From the IMG/VR virus record IMGVR_UViG_3300020442_000002, positions 1 to 57,758 of that record: DNA of 57,758 nucleotides; one strand, 5' to 3'. A program made the position numbers and the translations under genes. The notes under the pieces are model-generated. The model saw only the letters and a list, made by a program, of their open reading frames with translations, was not told the origin of the DNA and ran no database searches. The stretch's first letter is position 1; each line of letters begins with the position of its first letter. Source of the DNA: a virus (Duplodnaviria; Caudoviricetes). Shown here piece after piece: positions 47,952 to 54,802 of this stretch.

Positions 47952-48359
47952 ATGGATAATTCACTTTACGTTGTAATCGCGGCTAACCACTGTTGGGGTG
48001 CGGCAGAGTCTTTAACCGAGGCACTGAGCAACGCTCACTTGAGAGAGCAAACCCGTCTGAGTCATTTTGATTGGGTGTTTGATCAAGAGGAGTTAGAGGA
48101 ACGGTGGGATAGCTGGAAAGAATACGGCGAGCAGGATTGGCGAGAAGAGATTGAGTTCTCTGATGAAAAGCCAACCGAGTGCCTGATCTACCGGTTAGAT
48201 TGCGAGGTCTGGAAAAGCTACCGGATCTGCGACATGTCGGGAGGGATAAGTGCCGAGCCTCTTGATCCTAAGATGACCGGCGCGGAGGCCAGCAAAAAGC
48301 TGGCTGAAATCCAGATCAGGGCGCTGTTCGATAACGGGGTACTAAAACCCCTCAAGTGA
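47952..48359 (+). CDS. Early-array acidic protein
   Basis: ACTTTGGGAGA RBS at 47935. Confidence 0.8.
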   Translation: MDNSLYVVIAANHCWGAAESLTEALSNAHLREQTRLSHFDWVFDQEELEERWDSWKEYGEQDWREEIEFSDEKPTECLIYRLDCEVWKSYRICDMSGGISAEPLDPKMTGAEASKKLAEIQIRALFDNGVLKPLK

Positions 48360-48370
48360 ATCCAAACCAA

Positions 48371-48455
48371 CCCCGCTCCGGCGGGGTTTTTTTTGGCCCG
48401 CGTATGCGATACTCTCCCCCTGCGGAATCCACCGCATCACTTTGGGAGAGTGAAC
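48371..48455 (+). promoter_or_regulatory. Array leader unit: terminator, GTATGCGATA, hairpin, RBS
   Basis: Motif 48402, hairpin TGCGG/CCGCA 48421-36, RBS 48439. Confidence 0.8.
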
Positions 48456-48950
48456 ATGACAACACTGGAACACGGGCAGGACCCTGCCACCGTGACCAAC
48501 CCCGATTACTGGGATTGCGAATGCAAGACTAATTACATCCGGCCCAAACAAAGCTTGGGTGCGGACCAATCAAAATTTGAGTGCCGCCTCTGCGGGGCGA
48601 GTGAAGACGAACAGCCGGACAGCCGAGCCGACGAAGTCGCGGCGGCACTGGCGGACGTTGAGTTGTGGCCTGCGATTGAAATGCGAGATCACTATCAGGT
48701 TCACGGTTGGGTTTCGATGGATACGAAGATTGACATCTTGGCGTCCTCGGAAGAGGAAGCGATAAAGATTGCCGAGCGTGTTTTTAATCAGCGCGTTATC
48801 GATATGTATAACGCCAGCATTGGAGCCGACGAACGGGTGCATGACGATTGGTATGAACCCGGATGCGACCAAATGGAAATTGTGGACATTCGCGAGTATG
48901 ACGGCGATTCCTGCTGGACTCTGAAATCCAGCGAAGAATTTACCGATTGA
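48456..48950 (+). CDS. Early-array protein with N-terminal zinc ribbon
   Basis: YWDCEC...CRLC; acidic. Confidence 0.8.
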   Translation: MTTLEHGQDPATVTNPDYWDCECKTNYIRPKQSLGADQSKFECRLCGASEDEQPDSRADEVAAALADVELWPAIEMRDHYQVHGWVSMDTKIDILASSEEEAIKIAERVFNQRVIDMYNASIGADERVHDDWYEPGCDQMEIVDIREYDGDSCWTLKSSEEFTD

Positions 48951-48967
48951 AATTTTAAAAAGAGGAC

Positions 48968-49037
48968 TTGCCGCCCCACCGCCGGTATGCGATAGTTCGG
49001 GTGCGGCAATTCGCCGCCTACTTTGGGAGAAGTAACC
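48968..49037 (+). promoter_or_regulatory. Array leader unit
   Basis: TTGCCG-N17-GATAGT, motif 48985, hairpin GCGGC/GCCGC 49003-17, RBS 49020. Confidence 0.8.
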
Positions 49038-50171
49038 ATGCAACATACGATTGAAAATTCAGACAACACCCTGACCCGCTTGCTTCAACAGGTGCAGGAT
49101 CAAGCCGCCAGATCGCAGGATTTTCTGGCCCCCACTAATCAACTTCAACTGATGACCGGTGATCGGGGCGATGGCAGTAAGGTCAGCCAGATCATCATGG
49201 AGCAGTCTGGCGGGGCACCGACTCAGATTCTCGCCGCTAATGAGGTGGCGTTTGATCAGATCAGCCAGCGGGCGGGTATCGACGTTCGGACTGCTCGCCG
49301 GTTACAACAGGATTACTCCACTGAGTTCGATGGACTGATCAATGCTATCTGGCAAAAAGAGCCCGCCGTCAGAATGATCCGTTCGTTCCAGCACTCTGAC
49401 CGCGCAGGCACTGCCCGCGCATTTGTCAGCGACAAATTTAAAACGTTCGATAACGTTCACCTGTTGCAGTCCGCACTGCCCGAACTGCTGGAAAGCGATG
49501 CCCAGTGGAAAGTGGTGAACGGTCAGGTGACTGATAAGCGGCTGTACCTCCGACTCAAGTCGGAAGTAATCACGGGGGAAGGCGCGGCTGTTGGCGACAT
49601 CATGGCGCTGGGCATTGGGATGTCTAACAGCGAAGTCGGTTGCGGTAGCGTGAACGTGTTCCAAATGTTCTGGACGCTGGCCTGTTTGAACGGGATGCAG
49701 ACCGAGAAGCGGACCCGCAAGTCTCACATTACTGGGGCGCGGGGCGATGCCGATACTTGGGGCCTGCTGACTGACGAAGCCAAGGATGCGGATAACCATG
49801 CGCTGGCGCTTCAAATGCGGGATGTCACGAGAGCGTATGCTAGTCGCGAGGCGTTCGATGAAGTGCTGGAAAAAATGAAAGCTGCTCACGACGATAAAGT
49901 CGAGGGCTCGCCGCAGTCTGCTGTCGAGGCTATGGGCAAGGTGCTGGCACTCACCAAAAAAGATACCGCCAGTTTGATGGACGGCCTGCTCGCCACTATC
50001 GGTCAGGCGGGCTACGCCGGTCAGCCGGTAACCCGCGCCACAATGGTGAACGCGGTGACGGCGGTAGCGCATCAGGCGGACCCCGATACGGTTGACGATT
50101 GGCAGAAACTGGGCGGGCGCGTTCTGGACCTGCCCCGCTCCGATTGGCAACGTGTAGCGATGGCGGCATAA
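49038..50171 (+). CDS. DUF932-family protein
   Basis: SNSEVG.GS......L.C.NGM and NAVT motifs. Confidence 0.7.
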   Translation: MQHTIENSDNTLTRLLQQVQDQAARSQDFLAPTNQLQLMTGDRGDGSKVSQIIMEQSGGAPTQILAANEVAFDQISQRAGIDVRTARRLQQDYSTEFDGLINAIWQKEPAVRMIRSFQHSDRAGTARAFVSDKFKTFDNVHLLQSALPELLESDAQWKVVNGQVTDKRLYLRLKSEVITGEGAAVGDIMALGIGMSNSEVGCGSVNVFQMFWTLACLNGMQTEKRTRKSHITGARGDADTWGLLTDEAKDADNHALALQMRDVTRAYASREAFDEVLEKMKAAHDDKVEGSPQSAVEAMGKVLALTKKDTASLMDGLLATIGQAGYAGQPVTRATMVNAVTAVAHQADPDTVDDWQKLGGRVLDLPRSDWQRVAMAA

Positions 50172-50187
50172 CTCGGTCCCCAAAGTG

Positions 50188-50287
50188 CCCCCCGTATGGT
50201 TTGCCCTGCGGGGGGTTTTCTTTTTCTGGGGTATGCGATAAATTCCCCAGTGCGGTAATTCTGCCGCACACTTTGGGAGAAAGTTTC
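50188..50287 (+). promoter_or_regulatory. Array leader unit with terminator
   Basis: Terminator 50188-50225, motif 50231, hairpin 50250-69, RBS 50270. Confidence 0.8.
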
Positions 50288-50491
50288 ATGGAAACCACAG
50301 CAGAAAAACGCCTCGCCTCTGGGGCATTACATTCCGATTATTTCAGCAGTCTGGACGCGCTCCGAGAGTCGGGCGTCATGAATATGTTTGGCGCTCCGCG
50401 TTGGCTTCAAGACAATTTTGATCTGAACCGCAACGAAGCGCGGGCGGTGTTTGTATCTTGGACCGAATCATTTCAAGGGGGTGACGAGTAA
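50288..50491 (+). CDS. Small early protein (LRESG.NMFG family)
   Basis: LDALRESGVMNMFGAP motif. Confidence 0.75.
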   Translation: METTAEKRLASGALHSDYFSSLDALRESGVMNMFGAPRWLQDNFDLNRNEARAVFVSWTESFQGGDE

Positions 50492-50847
50492 TGGCAACCC
50501 TCAATATTTATTTGCAAGATTACGAAGTCGAGCCCTCCGAGCTATCCATTAGCGTTTGGGAGGCCCCCGCTTTTTTAGAAGATAATTCTATTAGCCCCGA
50601 AGATCTTCACGGCGAGTGGACTGCGCTTGATCTTTACATCCGCGAAGAATGCACCCCCGATTTAAACGCGGACAAAATTGCGGAGTTAATTGCGGGCGGC
50701 GGCTGGGAGCCAGACGATTTAGACCGGTTTATTATAAATTGCGTCCGGTGTTTAAAACTGCAAATTATTGGTGAGAAACAAAGGGCGGCGAGCGCGATGC
50801 GCGATCTTAAATTCGGCCCCCCATTGGAAACCGCTGAAGCGGGATAG
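50491..50847 (+). CDS. Early-array acidic protein
   Basis: TAATG coupling; 118 aa. Confidence 0.7.
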   Translation: MATLNIYLQDYEVEPSELSISVWEAPAFLEDNSISPEDLHGEWTALDLYIREECTPDLNADKIAELIAGGGWEPDDLDRFIINCVRCLKLQIIGEKQRAASAMRDLKFGPPLETAEAG

Positions 50848-50864
50848 CCCGCACCCGATCCGAT

Positions 50865-50953
50865 AGCCCGCCACACTGGCGGGCTTTTTTTTGCCCGCAT
50901 GGTATGCGATAGTGATCGGGCCGCGATTGGCGGCGACACTTTGGGAGATTGTC
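50865..50953 (+). promoter_or_regulatory. Array leader unit with terminator
   Basis: Terminator 50865-92, motif 50902, hairpin GCCGC/GCGGC 50920-34, RBS 50938. Confidence 0.8.
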
Positions 50954-51646
50954 ATGAAATTACTTGATACCCGTGGAGGGAATACCAAACTCAGAAAAAC
51001 GGGCGAGGCCGCCCCGTTTCGATATGCTGGGCTATCGCTCTACCCTGATCCGGTTTTATGCCCGGGCGCGAAGGCCGCTGGGTGCATGGCGGATTGTCTA
51101 GCCGAGCAGGGCCGCGGACGGTTTACCAGTGTCCGGCGGGCCCGAATCAGCAAGGCGGATTTTTTGCGGGAAGATCGTGCGGGTTTTCTGGATCAATTGC
51201 ACCGAGAGCTGCTGAACTTTTCAAAGCTTTGCGAGCGCAATGGGGAGCGGGGCGCGGTGCGGCTTAATGTTTTATCGGATCAGCACTGGGAGCGCGATGG
51301 CGTACCCCAAGCGCACCCTGATCTGTTGTTTATTGACTACACCAAACGGGCGGCGCGGCTGGGGAAAACCCCAGAAAATTACCGGTTGATTTTCAGCTAT
51401 AGCGGGCGGCCCCAGTACCGGAACCAAAACCGGCGAGCATTCCGAACGGGTGCCCCCGTGGCGGTAGTGTTTCGCGGCGGGTTTCCGCGCACGTTTCTCG
51501 GGCGGCCCGTTATAGATGGGGATCGGGATGATATTGCGAACGCATTCGCGGCGGGGCAAATCGTGGCGCTAACCCCGAAAGGATCGGCGGCCCGTGATCG
51601 CTCCGGCTTTGTTATTGATAATCCCGACTTGATCGGGTCCGCGTGA
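50954..51646 (+). CDS. GP88-like Cys-cluster protein
   Basis: N.KL.K, CP.A...C...CL, RLN..SD, DYTK, FS.SG. Confidence 0.65.
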   Translation: MKLLDTRGGNTKLRKTGEAAPFRYAGLSLYPDPVLCPGAKAAGCMADCLAEQGRGRFTSVRRARISKADFLREDRAGFLDQLHRELLNFSKLCERNGERGAVRLNVLSDQHWERDGVPQAHPDLLFIDYTKRAARLGKTPENYRLIFSYSGRPQYRNQNRRAFRTGAPVAVVFRGGFPRTFLGRPVIDGDRDDIANAFAAGQIVALTPKGSAARDRSGFVIDNPDLIGSA

Positions 51647-51697
51647 TATGCGATAAATGTCTGGCGGCAATGTTGCCGCGCACTTTGGGAGATTGAC
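51629..51697 (+). promoter_or_regulatory. Array leader unit
   Basis: TTGATC 51629, ATATGCGATA 51646, hairpin GCGGCAA/TTGCCGC 51664-79, RBS 51682. Confidence 0.75.
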
Positions 51698-52147
51698 ATG
51701 GAAACAAAAACGCTAGTTGTCCGCCCGTCCGAATTGATACTTGATCGGGTTTTAAATCCTGCTGGTGATGCGGATCTGAACCGCGTTCAACCCGCCCAGC
51801 TTTTAGAGGCTTGCGGGATCATTCCTGATTTTTTCGTGGAGGCTTGCATTACTGCCGAAACGGAAAACCCTGACGGCGTGAATCTCGACGCCATAGCGGA
51901 CGCGATGGACAACGTTTACCAGTTCGGCGGGTTCCAGTATCCACTGGGGGGCGATCTCGACGCGGACGGGGTTTACCGATCCCAATACGCCGAAGATCCC
52001 GATATGTCGCCGCTAGTCCGGTTTACCTACGCGGTGACCATGGGCGGGATCGTTTCACAGGCTTTTGAGTGTTTTGTCTATCAGTACGGGATCACGGCGA
52101 TCCGCGAGCGCGGGAGAGAAGCCGCTAAGGTTGCGCGTTTCGATTAA
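51698..52147 (+). CDS. Early-array acidic protein
   Basis: CG.IP.F...Y.FG...G.Y....DP...P...Y.YG. Confidence 0.8.
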   Translation: METKTLVVRPSELILDRVLNPAGDADLNRVQPAQLLEACGIIPDFFVEACITAETENPDGVNLDAIADAMDNVYQFGGFQYPLGGDLDADGVYRSQYAEDPDMSPLVRFTYAVTMGGIVSQAFECFVYQYGITAIRERGREAAKVARFD

Positions 52148-52167
52148 CCCGCCCGCTGCCGAAACCC

Positions 52168-52255
52168 GCCCGCCACATGGCGGGCTTTTTTTTGGGCGCG
52201 GTATGCGATACCCTCGACGGGCCGCAATGACGCGGTGACACTTTGGGAGATTGAC
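52168..52255 (+). promoter_or_regulatory. Array leader unit with terminator
   Basis: Terminator 52168-93, motif 52201, hairpin 52221-36, RBS 52240. Confidence 0.8.
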
Positions 52256-52507
52256 ATGATCAAAATTGCACCACTGGATCAGATACACGGCGACATGGTT
52301 TTGTGGCGTTGTGTGAAGCGTTTGGGAGACTTCACGCCCATCGATGGCGCGGAGTATGTGGTTCAGAAAACGCGCAACGCCGCGCCGCTGATCTACCGCG
52401 CCGCGAACGGTAAGCTCCGCTCTACTGGGGACACGCTCGCGCGGTGGGGATTCTTTGACGATCCGTCAGATCTGATCCGCGTACCGTCACGGGGGCGCGA
52501 GTCATGA
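52256..52507 (+). CDS. Early-array hypothetical protein
   Basis: ATG after ACTTTGGGAGA. Confidence 0.75.
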   Translation: MIKIAPLDQIHGDMVLWRCVKRLGDFTPIDGAEYVVQKTRNAAPLIYRAANGKLRSTGDTLARWGFFDDPSDLIRVPSRGRES

Positions 52508-52662
52508 GCGGCACCCAGCTTGAGCAGGTTCAATTTCACTTGCAGTTTATGGGGGTGCTGGCGATGGCAGGCCGAGCGGATGAGGCCGACGAGCAGTACC
52601 GCGAAGCCCAAAAGCTACTGGCGGAAATGATCGAAGCCGAGCGGGCTCGCGCCGAAAGTTAG
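52504..52662 (+). CDS. Small helical protein (52 aa)
   Basis: MSGTQLEQVQFHLQFMG...; ATGA coupling. Confidence 0.6.
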   Translation: MSGTQLEQVQFHLQFMGVLAMAGRADEADEQYREAQKLLAEMIEAERARAES

Positions 52663-52684
52663 CCCGCAGCCGAAACCCCAACCC

Positions 52685-52709
52685 AACCCGCCCCCGTGGC
52701 GGGTTTTTT
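52685..52709 (+). terminator. Intrinsic terminator closing the array
   Basis: AACCCGCC-cccgt-GGCGGGTT-TTTT. Confidence 0.8.
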
Positions 52710-52948
52710 GTGCCCGCTGTTTGTCCGTTTTCACTTCCCACAAATCGTAAGGTTATTCACTCCGCCCCCGAAAAAAAGTGATTTGCGCCAGGGTATGCGA
52801 TAATGGCTCAACCATGCGGGCTAGACGTTCAAGTGATTTGTTAAGTATGGGCCGCAACCGTAACAGCAGGGGCGGGGGCCGCGCCCCCTGTTCCCCCTAA
52901 AACGTACCGCGGGCCGCGGGCCGTGGCACTGGGCCCGCGGGCCGCGTT

Positions 52949-52968
52949 GCAATCGTCATGACGATTGC
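52949..52968. repeat. Perfect 20-bp palindrome
   Basis: GCAATCGTCATGACGATTGC. Confidence 0.85.
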
Positions 52969-53143
52969 GGGTCAACTGACGTAAACACACATTTAAGGAA
53001 GTTACGGGGCCCGTGGCCGGATCGCGTCAAACGCCGCCACAGCGCTGGATCTGGGCCGCCGCGCCGCGGGCCGCGGGCGGGGCCAGCAAGCGGGCTCAAG
53101 GTGCATGTTTTTCACAAACAACACAGTTGTGAAACCATATCGA

Positions 53144-53159
53144 TGTTCCACGTGGAACA
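53144..53159. promoter_or_regulatory. parS-like palindrome TGTTCCACGTGGAACA (copy 2)
   Basis: Identical to 44935-44950; intergenic. Confidence 0.8.
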
Positions 53160-53327
53160 AAAAAGTCGATAAAAAAGGGTAAGCCGAGAAGAAAAGGTCA
53201 TTTATGGCCAGATAAATAAAAAAACTAGCCGTAGGAGTCACATGTGGCCAAAAATTTTGTAAAAATTTTCAAACCTACGGTATCCTATATGCTTTAATAC
53301 CCTGAAGTAATTAAAAGGCCATCTCAT

Positions 53328-54797
53328 ATGTCGATTGAATTGGGGTCAGAAGAAGAGTTAGAAGAGAAGTTTCTGAAACTTCAGTACCGCTTGGCTCAGA
53401 TTGAAAAGGTCGAATCGTGCCAAAACAGCTTCCTAAGCTTTGTCCGCTCCATGTGGCCCGAGTTCATTGCAGGGCGACACCACAAGATCATGGCCGAGAA
53501 GCTTGAAAGGGTGGCCAACGGCGAGTTAAAGCGCCTGATCATCAACATGCCGCCGCGACATACCAAGTCTGAATTTGCCAGCTTCCTGTTCCCTGCGTGG
53601 ATGATCGGGAAGAAGCCTGCGATGAAAATTATTCAGGCAACACACACCACCGAACTGGCGGTCAACTTTGGCCGAAAGGTGAAAAACCTTCTGGAGCGCG
53701 AGGATTATCTTGAGATGTTCCCGGACGCCGCCCTGTCGGCGGATTCCAAGGCATCGGGCAGATGGGACACGGCCCGTGGTGGCATGTACTACGGCGTGGG
53801 GGTTGGCTCAAACTTGGCGGGCCGAGGTGGTGATTTGATCATTATTGACGATCCGCACTCGGAGCAGACGGCGATGTCGCTGAGTGGTTTTGATGATGCG
53901 TGGGATTGGTACACGGGTGGTCCTCGACAGCGTTTGCAACCGGGCGGAGCCATTATTGTGGTGATGACGCGGTGGTCGGAAAAGGATCTGACGGGTCAGT
54001 TGATCCGGGCACAGGGCCGGGATGAGTTAGCGGACAAGTGGGAAGTCATCGAATTTCCTATGGAGATGCCGTCTGGCGAGCCGTTGTGGCCGGAGTTTTG
54101 GTCGTTTGAGGAAATGCTGGCGGTCAAGGCGTCTATCCCGGGTCCGAAGTGGAATGCGCAGTACCAGCAGAATCCGACGGGTGATGAGAACGCGATTATC
54201 AAGCGCGAGTGGTGGCAGATCTGGGACAAGGAGACGGTTCCGCAGCTTCAGTATGTTATTCAGAGCTACGATACGGCGTTTTCCAAGAGTACCCGGGCGG
54301 ACTACAGTGCGATTACTACGTGGGGTGTTTTCTATCCTGATGAGGGTACGGTGGCCAATTTGATCCTTTTGGACTCAAAAAAGGGCCGTTGGGACTTTCC
54401 AGAGCTAAAACAGATGGCGTTGGATATGTATAAGTTTTGGGAGCCTGAAACGGTCATCATTGAGGCCAAGGCGAGCGGTTTGCCGCTGACGCACGAACTG
54501 CGAAATATGGGTATTCCTGTGGTAAACTTTACCCCTAGTCGAGGAAATGACAAGGTGTCAAGGGTGTTCAGTGTTTCTCCGTTGTTTGAAAGCGGAATGA
54601 TCTGGGCCCCCGACGAATCTTGGGCGGAAGAAGTTATTGAAGAATGTGCCGCGTTTCCTAATGGCGAACATGACGACTTGGTGGACAGTACCACGCAGGC
54701 GTTAATGCGATATAGGCAGGGTAATTTTGTTCAATTGCCCTCTGATTATTGGGAAGATGAAACTGCAAACCTTAAACCTATGCAGTATTACGGATAA
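53328..54797 (+). CDS. terL: Terminase large subunit
   Basis: MPPRHTKS, IIIDDP, MTRW, YQQNP, HDDLVD motifs. Confidence 0.95.
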   Translation: MSIELGSEEELEEKFLKLQYRLAQIEKVESCQNSFLSFVRSMWPEFIAGRHHKIMAEKLERVANGELKRLIINMPPRHTKSEFASFLFPAWMIGKKPAMKIIQATHTTELAVNFGRKVKNLLEREDYLEMFPDAALSADSKASGRWDTARGGMYYGVGVGSNLAGRGGDLIIIDDPHSEQTAMSLSGFDDAWDWYTGGPRQRLQPGGAIIVVMTRWSEKDLTGQLIRAQGRDELADKWEVIEFPMEMPSGEPLWPEFWSFEEMLAVKASIPGPKWNAQYQQNPTGDENAIIKREWWQIWDKETVPQLQYVIQSYDTAFSKSTRADYSAITTWGVFYPDEGTVANLILLDSKKGRWDFPELKQMALDMYKFWEPETVIIEAKASGLPLTHELRNMGIPVVNFTPSRGNDKVSRVFSVSPLFESGMIWAPDESWAEEVIEECAAFPNGEHDDLVDSTTQALMRYRQGNFVQLPSDYWEDETANLKPMQYYG

Positions 54798-54802
54798 CAT
54801 TC

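Noticed and set aside
49302-50183. 293-aa minus-strand ORF and similar long antisense ORFs (e.g. 32964-33512, 33804-34364, 55609-56160)
   Set aside because: Shadow frames of well-supported + strand genes, with no RBS or recognisable motifs.
47900-52300. CRISPR array or integron attC cassettes
   Set aside because: Repeats are degenerate promoter/RBS units separated by whole genes; no cas1/cas2, integron integrase or attC R-box structure was seen.
52949-52968. Protelomerase target or matS site
   Set aside because: No protelomerase gene, the palindrome is short for a tel site, and it does not match GTGACRNYGTCAC.
53110-53134. CRP site
   Set aside because: Half-sites are in the wrong order and spacing relative to TGTGA-N6-TCACA.
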